Positions 1-8,900 of a stretch of 59,448 nt of DNA are shown here, piece after piece; the first letter of the stretch is position 1; each line of letters begins with the position of its first letter. The position numbers and the translations under genes were made by a program. The notes beneath the pieces are model-generated. The model was given only the letters and a program-made list of their open reading frames with translations. It was not told where the DNA came from and did no database searches. Source of the stretch: Terriglobales bacterium (GTDB taxonomy: Bacteria; Acidobacteriota; Terriglobia; Terriglobales; Acidobacteriaceae); contig JBEKED010000001.1 of assembly GCA_050014035.1 (NCBI GenBank), forward strand, positions 1-59,448, given 5' to 3'.

Positions 1-680
1 ATCCCGTGGTCGACCACCGCCGTCAACGAAGCTTGCATTTGCTCACGCCGCATCCCCTCGTCAACTCGCGAATACCGATAAGCCAGCGCCAGCGCCTGAT
101 CCACATTCGCCGCGACCGAAACCGCATGGAACATCTTCACCACGCTCCCCACCTTATATCCAAAATCGATCCGGAAAGGATCTCCCAGCCCCGTGTACTT
201 CACCAGATCCAAATCTCGTTGCATCAACTCCAGCACTCCCGCATCGGTGAACGCGTCGCACATGGTGTTCACAATAGCAACCCGTCCGCTACGCTGCTGC
301 ACTCGCTCACCGCGTCCCATTGGAACTAGGTACATCGAAGTCAGCAAGTCCATCTCTTTCGCCGGATCCTCCGTCAGCACCGCCTTCGTAGGCCCCACAT
401 CGAGCATCGTCCCAAATCGTTCGTTCATAAGTTGCATCAGTTCTTCCCGCCGTCGCAAACTCCCCAGTCGTCCGCGGATCTCCCGCTCCACCATCTCGAA
501 CCACTCCAATTCCACATCCGGAGCCACGCACTGCAGCATTCGCCAGTCGCGAGTAAACCGCACCTCGGCAAATCCACCATCGCTTTCCAGCAACAACAGT
601 CCGACCGTAACGAAGTCATCCCGCAAGGCATGCGGCAAGAATCGCAACAGATAAAGTTCGAGTTGTCGCTTCTCAGCCAT
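1..680 (-). CDS. DUF3037-like protein (partial; C-terminus lies beyond the left edge)
   Basis: Absent from the ORF track because it runs off the window. A reverse-strand ATG at 680-678 opens a stop-free frame down to position 1: MAEKRQLELYLLRFLPHALRDDFVTVGLLLLESDGGFAEVRFTRDW... The N-terminal pattern (RF-x-P ... D/E-F-x-x-VG-hydrophobic run) matches my memory of DUF3037, a family that typically sits next to a HipA-like kinase. Confidence 0.65.
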   Translation of the reverse strand, partial: MAEKRQLELYLLRFLPHALRDDFVTVGLLLLESDGGFAEVRFTRDWRMLQCVAPDVELEWFEMVEREIRGRLGSLRRREELMQLMNERFGTMLDVGPTKAVLTEDPAKEMDLLTSMYLVPMGRGERVQQRSGRVAIVNTMCDAFTDAGVLELMQRDLDLVKYTGLGDPFRIDFGYKVGSVVKMFHAVSVAANVDQALALAYRYSRVDEGMRREQMQASLTAVVDHG

Positions 681-704
681 CCCGTGAACCCCTGTGCGCC
701 CTTT

Positions 705-750
705 GGTTCAATCTTCTCTGCAATCTCAGCGTTCTCTGCGTTCAGAAAGA
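705..750 (-). repeat. Triple-word intergenic element, copy E1 (word GCAGAG/GCTGAG)
   Basis: Plus strand reads GGTTCAATCTTCTCTGCAATCTCAGCGTTCTCTGCGTTCAGAAAG. It lies between the stop of the HipA-like gene (757) and the DUF3037 start (680). Same architecture as the copies at 1576, 3368 and 11809. Confidence 0.6.
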
Positions 751-756
751 CGCCCG

Positions 757-1563
757 CTAAGCCTCGCTCTCCCACTCCGGAAACGGCCGCCGCGGCGACC
801 CCCGAAACGCCAGAATCAGCTCCCGCACCAGCGTCTTCCGCGCGATCAGCCGTTCGACCAGCGCCTCCAACTCATCCCACGACCCGCCATACCACCCCGG
901 AGGTATCTCTCCCGCAACTCGCCAGATCGCATCTTCATCCAGCTTCTCAATTCGCGATAACCAGGGCTCGAACGACTCCCATCCACTAACCCGCGCATAT
1001 ACCTCATTCCGCGGATACACTCCACGCAATGGAAAATCCGGAAACGTCCACTCCCCTGCATTAAAGCAATACCCCTGATCGATGAACGCCGCCGAGTATT
1101 TCTTCTCCCGCATCTTCCGCCAGAATGCCGCCTGCCTTCCATCCGCATTGCATGTCCATTTATCCAGCGCCAGTATCCCCGCAAACGTACTGAGGTTCCG
1201 CACCCGGTCCAACATCTCCGGAGGCAAGTAATCGAGCACCTGCCCTTCCACCGGGCTCACCACATACCGTGACCCAAACTGCAACCCCGCCTCCACTTGA
1301 ACCTCATGGCTCCCCAGCACAATCGTCAATTCCGCCGTGTGTTCCACCAGCCACGGCTTTACCTCCACCACCTCCGCCGCCGGCACCGGCAGTCCCACCC
1401 GCTCCGCCAGTCGCGTAGCCAGAAACTCGTTAGCCAGTACCCGCTCATGCTGAGGATTATTCCGAAACTTCACCACGTAGTAATGCCCATCGTCGCACCG
1501 CATCAAATGTCCCTGCGCCCCACCCCGCATCCGCTTAACATGTTGGACCGCAGTAGTAGGCAT
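757..1563 (-). CDS. HipA-like serine/threonine kinase (kinase domain only)
   Basis: The ORF track gives 757..1632. Kinase-type motifs are present: YYVVKFRNNPQHERVLANEFLATRLAERVGLPVP, LALDKWTCNADGRQ, AFIDQGYCF. I prefer the start at Met24 (1563), because residues 2-23 (KSFTTGNTGDHRETF) are simply the translation of repeat element E2. Confidence 0.75.
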   Translation of the reverse strand: MPTTAVQHVKRMRGGAQGHLMRCDDGHYYVVKFRNNPQHERVLANEFLATRLAERVGLPVPAAEVVEVKPWLVEHTAELTIVLGSHEVQVEAGLQFGSRYVVSPVEGQVLDYLPPEMLDRVRNLSTFAGILALDKWTCNADGRQAAFWRKMREKKYSAAFIDQGYCFNAGEWTFPDFPLRGVYPRNEVYARVSGWESFEPWLSRIEKLDEDAIWRVAGEIPPGWYGGSWDELEALVERLIARKTLVRELILAFRGSPRRPFPEWESEA

Positions 1564-1575
1564 AAGTCCGGAAAA

Positions 1576-1611
1576 GGTTTCCCTGTGGTCCCCTGTGTTC
1601 CCTGTGGTGAA
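1576..1611 (-). repeat. Triple-word intergenic element, copy E2 (word CACAGGG)
   Basis: Plus strand reads GGTTTCCCTGTGGTCCCCTGTGTTCCCTGTGGTGAA. Clearly homologous to 3368..3405. Confidence 0.7.
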
Positions 1612-1716
1612 GCTCTTGCCTCTAGCCGACACCGGCAGAGGCGACGCCAGAAACCGCCACCATCAAGATACAAGCGCCAAAAAGTCCTGCCTGTGACAAC
1701 CGCACACAGAGAATGT

Positions 1717-3312
1717 TCACTTTCCCGCCAGTCCCACCGCCGCACGCTTCCATTTCCGCCCCGCTTCCTCCTTCCGCACCGCCCAGGCAATCGCGATAGC
1801 CATCACGCAATCGTCGTGCGCGCCCCCAGAAGCTCCCGTTCCCCCATCCCTATCCCGCACAAACGTCCGCAATTCCTGCAGCAGCCGCGAACTCCGGAAC
1901 AGCCCCGGCTCGTCGATCAACGCATCCCCCAGATTCTCGATCATTTTCGGACGACTCACCGCCGTAGTCGCCCACCCACCCTTCGCTTGCGCAAAAACCT
2001 TCGGATAGCCAAAATTCTCCAGATGCGCCAGCACCCCATTCCCGTGATTATTGCCCTCCACTGCCAGCAGCGCCGTATTGTATTCCTTCCCCAGTTTCAC
2101 CAGTTTCTGCGCAAACTCCCGCAAAGGCCAATGTCCGTGCAGCTCCGCACACTGCGTTCCCAGGTCCCGATCGATCACTTCCGCGCACGAATAATCCCCG
2201 TCGATCCCGCCTCCCGCCGGATCGGCTCCAATCACGTACTCCCGCCCCGGATGCGTAGGCAGCCAAATCAGCAGTCGATCGTTATCCCGCGTCTCGAACG
2301 GTTCGCCCGAAATCTCGAAAGCTCGATCCAGCGACGCTAGGTCAAACACGCATTCCCCCGATACCAGGAAACACGACACCGCATCCTCGGCATATTCCTG
2401 TACTGCCCGTCCTCGCAATGACGCCCATTGTTTCCGCCGCCATGCGATCTGTTCATCCTTCAGCCCGTGAAGGTTCTTCAGCTGTATCTCTTCTTCCGTC
2501 AGCGGCGCACAATTCCCGCAATCCTCAAGAACGTACGCCTCGTCATACCACCACGGGAAAAAGTGCCTCCTGTACCCCGTATCCTCCGCCCGCTGCCACT
2601 CCTCATAGAAAAGTCCGCCCGCTCCATTCGGAGTCGACTCCAGCACAATGTCTCCGTCCGGCACCACCGCCGCCCGCAACGAGGCCAGCGCCTCATCTCC
2701 TTCTCGCCCCCAGCGCGACACCTCCGAGCAATGCAGATTCTGGATCGTCCGCCCTCGTCCCGCATTCTCCACCGCCGAAGCCAGGCAGTATTCGCTGTCC
2801 AAACTCGGAAACACCAAATGCCGCGCGCTGCGGTACGAAGTTCGCAGGCAGCCTTTCCGTGCCTCCTCCGGCAAATTCTCCCAGAACCGCCGCACGATCC
2901 GAAAAATGTCCTCCGCCGCTTCCCTGTCCTGCGTTACCTGCATGCTCAAAGTGCCCGGCTGCGTGATCGTCTGCACAAAGAATCGAGCCGCAATGTACGT
3001 TGTGACTCCCACCTGTCGCGCCTTCAGCACCACATTTTTCTTAGCCTTCTCCCGCGAGCACACCCGCGAATATTCCAGTTGCGCCCGGTTTAAATGCAGC
3101 GAGATCCGGCCTTCCCTCTTCGTTCGGATCTTCAAAAATTCTTCAATGAAGCCATCCCGATTCGTTGGTTCTCGTGAATTCCCCGGCTCTATTCCCTCCC
3201 CAAGCGCTCGGTGAAACTCCCAAGGTTCATCTAAGTGCTTTCCGAACTCCGACAAATAATCTTTCGTCCAATCAAAATTCACCACCACCAGCCCATAAGA
3301 GCCCCGACCCAT
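1717..3312 (-). CDS. Phage terminase large subunit (apparently intact, orphan)
   Basis: 531-aa ORF. It has the terminase ATPase motif VLKARQVGVTTY plus LESTPNG. The C-terminal RNase-H-like nuclease acidic motifs are also present (VIGADPAGGGIDGDYS, LLAVEGNNHG, AHDDCVMAIAIAW). Confidence 0.85.
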   Translation of the reverse strand: MGRGSYGLVVVNFDWTKDYLSEFGKHLDEPWEFHRALGEGIEPGNSREPTNRDGFIEEFLKIRTKREGRISLHLNRAQLEYSRVCSREKAKKNVVLKARQVGVTTYIAARFFVQTITQPGTLSMQVTQDREAAEDIFRIVRRFWENLPEEARKGCLRTSYRSARHLVFPSLDSEYCLASAVENAGRGRTIQNLHCSEVSRWGREGDEALASLRAAVVPDGDIVLESTPNGAGGLFYEEWQRAEDTGYRRHFFPWWYDEAYVLEDCGNCAPLTEEEIQLKNLHGLKDEQIAWRRKQWASLRGRAVQEYAEDAVSCFLVSGECVFDLASLDRAFEISGEPFETRDNDRLLIWLPTHPGREYVIGADPAGGGIDGDYSCAEVIDRDLGTQCAELHGHWPLREFAQKLVKLGKEYNTALLAVEGNNHGNGVLAHLENFGYPKVFAQAKGGWATTAVSRPKMIENLGDALIDEPGLFRSSRLLQELRTFVRDRDGGTGASGGAHDDCVMAIAIAWAVRKEEAGRKWKRAAVGLAGK

Positions 3313-3367
3313 GTAGCGGCGGATTCATTCCGCCCCGCATATTCCCACGCATCGCACCGATCCAGCA

Positions 3368-3405
3368 GGTTTTCCCCTGTGCCCCTCTGTGTCCCCTGTG
3401 GTAAA
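3368..3405 (-). repeat. Triple-word intergenic element, copy E3 (word CACAGGGG)
   Basis: Plus strand reads GGTTTTCCCCTGTGCCCCTCTGTGTCCCCTGTGGTAAA. It lies between the stop at 3437 and the terminase start at 3312. Confidence 0.7.
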
Positions 3406-3436
3406 GCTTTTGATGTGTCCTGCACAGAAGCCGCCC

Positions 3437-5956
3437 TCAATGCGTCACGCTCAGACTCTCCGGCACGTACACGTAAGCTCCAATCTCCCACCCCAATCCA
3501 TACGAATCCTGATTAATTCCCAGCAGGTCGTATTGATACTCCGCTCCCAGATTCAACCCCGCATCCCGCACCGGAGAATTCACCGTAGGCCGAAAATCCG
3601 CCGCCACTCCATTCCCACCGCATACGTAAAAGCTGCCCGCCACATAGCCCGGCGGCACCGCATCGTTCGCCGCGCATGATTGCAGCAGGTTCACCATCTG
3701 CGTGTTCGACTCCAGAGTCGCGCCTCCTTGCACCAGCGCATCCATAAAGTTTTCAACCTCATCCGGCCGCAACTCATTCACGTGCCAGAAATATCCGATC
3801 GGTCTTCCCCAAAGCGCGTTCTTGAACACATCCTGACTAACCAGGTTTCGCATCTGCTGATAACTCAGATGTTGGTAGTTAGGCACTGCCCCCTGGCTCA
3901 AAATGTTGAACACGTCATATCCCTTAGCCAGCGTCGCATCCGCCCCACCCAGAACCCACGTCGAAGTAAGAGACCCCGTCCCGCGCACTCCCTTGAATCC
4001 CAGCCCGCTGGCGATGTTTTCCGTCAATGCGTCTCCGTAAGTACCGGGCATCACGTACACCAGATTGTTGAGATTCAATCCGGGAAGCCCCGAAAGGTAC
4101 TGGTTAAACCAGCTTAACGCCCAAGTCATCTCGTCGCTTTCAAGATGCGTTTCATCGAACAGCACGCATCCCGGAGTCGAAGGAACTGCGGTACAACTGG
4201 AAGCCACCGGCAAACTGCTCGGTAACGTCATCGGCCCCGCCACTCCCGGACTGGAAAATGTGTCGGCCAGCGAAAAGGCGTGTGCCCGCCCCTTCGCAAA
4301 TTGACTGTTGTATGCGGTAGCATCCACCGCATAGCAATTCGGCTCTGCCTGTAGAGTCGCCACGATATTCGCCAGCGTGTCGATCTGTCCCGTCCCCGCC
4401 GTTCCCCCCGGCGGCACCGGAGTCAGATCCCACGAGTGATAGCAAGTCGGATCGTAAGGCGAAGTCGTAAGCGTCAGGTTCCCCCCTCCGCCGCTGTGCG
4501 TGATGCTCAGCGTGTAACTTCCCGGCCCCACGTACGCCAGCAGAAAAGCGTCGCAAGGGATCGGCCCCGCCGCATCGTTGCATGACGTAGTCGAAGGCGG
4601 ATTCCAGTATTGATGCGAGACGGAATGCGTATTGATATCCCACCCCGCATTGATCCATCCCTGCACCTCCCCGATAATCGACTGCGATTCCAACCCGTTG
4701 GTGACCACCGCAATCGAAAGCGGCACCTTCTTCGCCGCCATCATCGGCAGCAACCCGTTCACATACGTATCGCTGTACTCAACCAGCCCGGGATCGTCAA
4801 AAGTCACCGTCGTATAAGCCGGCCACCGCTGCCACGCATGCACCCAAGGCGGCGTTTCAGCCGGTATATTATGTGTTCCTCCCGTCGGTCCAGGCGTGCC
4901 CGCAACATCCACAGCCAATGCCGTGGCCAGATAGTTGCCATACAAATGGCAGTAGTCGTAATTCACCGCTCCGTCCACCGCATCAAAAATCCCGTACGTC
5001 CGGTTGCCATACGCCCGGCAGTTCTTAATTTCGAAGTAGCACCCGCCGCCACTGCATCCAGACCCAGGGTTTTTGAAGCTGTAGCCCATGTAATTCATGT
5101 TCGCGTCGGTGTTGTAAAGATGGATGTCGACGGGTGTCCCGCTAGGTTGCACATAGAAACCCAACGGCACCGTGCTGTTCTCGACTTCACTGTTAGACGC
5201 GATATTTGCCAGCCAAAGATGATCACTTAGCCCCTGCACCTGCACTCCATAGGAGTCGAACCAGTCAATCTGCAGATGCTGAATCTCCAGCCACGAGACG
5301 GAATTCAGATTCAATACTGTCTCCCCGCTCAGCACAATCGGCGCAACCAGGCGCGAATACCCCGCATTCGTCGCCGGATTCCCCTCGGCGCTGTACACAT
5401 ACAAAATGTAATTCGTCGAGTCGTACCAGAAATCCCGGTCGTGGCTCAGAGCGCTCTCGCTCCCTTGCGCCGTACCCCACACCGTCCCAAACCGTACATA
5501 CTGCAACTGCGTCGGCGGCTGCGTCAGGCAATAAAACCCCCGCACCCCGCACTGCATCACCGTCGTCAGCCCGCTAGTGGCCGAATAAAGCGTAGCCGCC
5601 CACACATTCGTATTAGGAACCTGCGTCCACCACTGTTGCCCCACCGGCAAATACCCCGTCAAGTGCGGCGGCTGGCCAGTCCCATAACTGTCGATCTTGA
5701 TCAGCGCGCCCCCCGTAGCCGGGTTAGTCCCACTCGATGGCGGAGTCAAAGTCTCGTTCCAGGTACAGTCCCGCAACAGGTTGATCGTGTCACCGGGCTG
5801 ATAGCTGCTGATCCCAACCTCCAGCAAAGTGCGCCAAGCCAGTTGCGGACTCGTCCCCGGATTCCCATTCGACCCATAATTACAATCGACGTAGTAATTC
5901 GAGGCACACGCCAGCGGCGCTCCCAGACATAGAAGCATCAACAATTTTGTCATCAT
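3437..5956 (-). CDS. Secreted beta-helix protein fused to a polysaccharide deacetylase (CE4/NodB-like) domain
   Basis: 839-aa ORF with a signal peptide (MMTKLLMLLCLGAPLACA/SN). The N-terminal half looks like a parallel beta-helix. The C-terminal half carries NodB-type motifs (VTFDDPG, NTHSVSHQ). Confidence 0.8.
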   Translation of the reverse strand: MMTKLLMLLCLGAPLACASNYYVDCNYGSNGNPGTSPQLAWRTLLEVGISSYQPGDTINLLRDCTWNETLTPPSSGTNPATGGALIKIDSYGTGQPPHLTGYLPVGQQWWTQVPNTNVWAATLYSATSGLTTVMQCGVRGFYCLTQPPTQLQYVRFGTVWGTAQGSESALSHDRDFWYDSTNYILYVYSAEGNPATNAGYSRLVAPIVLSGETVLNLNSVSWLEIQHLQIDWFDSYGVQVQGLSDHLWLANIASNSEVENSTVPLGFYVQPSGTPVDIHLYNTDANMNYMGYSFKNPGSGCSGGGCYFEIKNCRAYGNRTYGIFDAVDGAVNYDYCHLYGNYLATALAVDVAGTPGPTGGTHNIPAETPPWVHAWQRWPAYTTVTFDDPGLVEYSDTYVNGLLPMMAAKKVPLSIAVVTNGLESQSIIGEVQGWINAGWDINTHSVSHQYWNPPSTTSCNDAAGPIPCDAFLLAYVGPGSYTLSITHSGGGGNLTLTTSPYDPTCYHSWDLTPVPPGGTAGTGQIDTLANIVATLQAEPNCYAVDATAYNSQFAKGRAHAFSLADTFSSPGVAGPMTLPSSLPVASSCTAVPSTPGCVLFDETHLESDEMTWALSWFNQYLSGLPGLNLNNLVYVMPGTYGDALTENIASGLGFKGVRGTGSLTSTWVLGGADATLAKGYDVFNILSQGAVPNYQHLSYQQMRNLVSQDVFKNALWGRPIGYFWHVNELRPDEVENFMDALVQGGATLESNTQMVNLLQSCAANDAVPPGYVAGSFYVCGGNGVAADFRPTVNSPVRDAGLNLGAEYQYDLLGINQDSYGLGWEIGAYVYVPESLSVTH

Positions 5957-5981
5957 GATTTTTGTGAGTTGGTAACTTATG

Positions 5982-8900
5982 CTAGTTCTGCATCTGATAG
6001 GTCACGGTTGCGACCATTCCAGCGGCGTTCGTGCTGCAACCCGATGCAGCAGTCGTGACCTTGATTCGCAACAGATGTCCCGCAGTAACATTCGTGCTCC
6101 CCGTAACCTGGGAGTAGAAATTGTTGCCCGACGTAAGTGGAATCGAATAACCGCCAACCTCCGCCCCCGCCGTTCCATCCCAAACCTGAACCACCGGATA
6201 AGTCGCGCACCCCACCGGAGCAGTGTTCGCCGCAAAGTCGAAGCCGGTAATCGTCAACCCGGCAGGAATCGTCCAATTGCAGTTTTGCGAGGCCGATGTC
6301 GACCCCGCCACCGGACAAGTCCAATTGAAATAAGTCTCGCTCTTTACATAGGCTGTTGTCGCCAGTTTCGTCGAGTTATCTCCCACGCTTTGTGTGGTTG
6401 CCGTCGTCCCATTCGGCAATGTCGGCGTCCCGCTCAAATTCGCCGCCGTCCCCGTAGTGTTCGCCGCGTTGTTTGGAATGTCGCTCGAGAGCAGAGTCGG
6501 TAACTGCGCATGGGGTAATGTTCCGGTCGTGACCTGACTGGCGGATACCACGATGTTCCCGGTCAACGCGTTCCCGTTCACTGTAGTTGAGGTCGGAACG
6601 TACCCAGGCAATACCGTGCCGGAGGGGAGAGTAGGGGTGCCGGAAAGATTCGCCGCCGTCCCCGTAGTGTTCGCCGCGTTGTTCGGAATCTCCGACGCCG
6701 CCAGCAACCCCCCGCTCAGCTGAGGAATATCGCTGCCCGTACTTCCCACCGTGTACGACGTCCCCCACGCGCTCCCCGTCGAATTCGCAATCCCCGCCCC
6801 CGGCCACACCATCCCGCCGCCCGACGGCATACACGACGCCCCACTACTCAGCTGGCAATGAAACGCATTATCCGATCCCACGCCCATTGAAAAATTCATC
6901 CCGCTAGGAACCGTAACCGAAGTTCCCGTCCATTCCACCCCCGACCACTGCGTCGGACCCGACCCCGTCTGATTAATATTCCCCGCCACGTTAAGATTTC
7001 CGCTCAGCGTAACCGTACTCGAAAATGTCTTCGCCCCCGTTATCGTCTCTGCCCCCGCCAGGTGAACGACAGTCGAGTCCACCGCAGCCCCCGTAACCTG
7101 CCCCACGGAATAATCCCCAGTAGCCGCCGTCACCGCGCCCGTCCGTCCAAATACCGAACTCACCGCCCCGCCTCCGCCGCCCCCGCTCGGAGCTCCAAGA
7201 CTCACCCGCACATTGCCGCCTTCAATTCTCCCAATCACCTGCACGCCCGTCGGCCGCGTGGTTGATCCCGTATCGTGACACTCTCCCGCTTGCGTCGTAC
7301 TGGCAACCACGTAATCTCCCGCCACCGGACTGCCCGCATCGAAATTACACACGGCTAATCCCGCCCACGTGATCACCGCTTTGTTCGACGTTCCCGCCCC
7401 GCTGCTGACAATGCCGACCACTCCATCCGTACTCGACGTAGACGCCGTCTGCACCCCGCTCGCCCCGCTGTTATAAACCGCCAAAGAATTCAGTGTCGTG
7501 CCGTTTGTCCCGTCGTTCTGATACTCGAAATCCTGCCGGCCCGTGCTGTATATATTGAACGACGTCTTCGCGAACACGCTCCGCATCGCCTGCCCGCTGT
7601 CGGTCCCGATATCGTAGCTATTGTCCGTGCTCGGCTTCAATGCGCCCGTCGCCGCGAACCCCCACTTCAAACTCGACCCGATATACATCCCCAACCCCAG
7701 CGCGTTGCCGCTGGTCGCATCCTCGCTCCGCAACACCTGGTAACCGCTCGCCGTGTCGTACCCCATCGACATCCGCGTCCACTGCGTGTTGTTCGTGTAG
7801 GTCGAATACACCCGGAAGTTCTCCGCGTTACTTCCATTCCTCTCCTCTAAGTAATAGGCAGGGTTACCGCCCCCCGGATCCGAATTGAACAGGGTAGTAA
7901 GGCCCAGCTGCACCGCTTGCCCATTATTGTCAATGAAGAATGGCGCGTGTTTCGAAATATCAAACCAGAACACGCCCCAGTTATTAATCCCACTCGGCTG
8001 CGTCGTTTCAGGCAGTTCAATCAAATCCGGCGTCGTGCAATTCGCATTTCCATTCGCCGCAATCCCCGTCGCAAACGACCCGCTGCACTGCGTCGGAGTC
8101 GCCGCCAACGCCAGCGCCGTTCCCGCCTGTCCACTGATATTCGAACTAGTAAGTGCAACCTGCTCCGTTGTTCCTCCAATGTTGACCACTGGCAACCCCG
8201 CGGCCGTATCAAGTCCAATTCCGCCCACCGCTGGAACGTAGCCGCTCCCCGCCGGCAATACCAGGTTCCCGCTCACCGCCACATTAGTAGTAAATGTCTT
8301 GGCCCCGGTGATCGTCTCGGCATTCGCCAGGTGCACCACCGTTGAGTCAACCGCAGCTCCGGTAACTTGTCCCACCGAGTAATCCCCCGTCGCCGCCACC
8401 ACTGCGCCCGTTCGCCCGAACACCGAACTAACACCCCCACCGCCGCCGCCCCCCGATCCGCACGCACTTCCAGTTGACGTAATTAACCCGGACACAACAT
8501 TCAGGCAACCATTCGTTAGCCCAGGAAGCGTTACGCTCTGGTCGAACTGCGCCGCAACATTGAATTCCTTCAGCGTTCCCGTGAGCCGCTCCAGCCAGTT
8601 CGAGTGAATCCCGTCGCCAGTCTGCGCGATGTAATTCGTGATCGATATCGGCGCCCCAAATGCCAGTTGCCCCGCACTCGCATACACGTTCCCCGGCGTG
8701 TCCGTCCCAATCCACGTGTCATTCGCACTTGCCGGCGGACGAAATCCCCACGTCGATTGCGTCAGCGTCGGCTGCGAATCCAGCAGCGTGATAATGTGGT
8801 GCGCCGAAATAAGTGACCCTGGCGTGCCCGTGAAATTCAACCGCCCTTTCGTCAATGTCATCCCATTGCCGACATTTGCCCCATCGCTCAACAACGTCGC

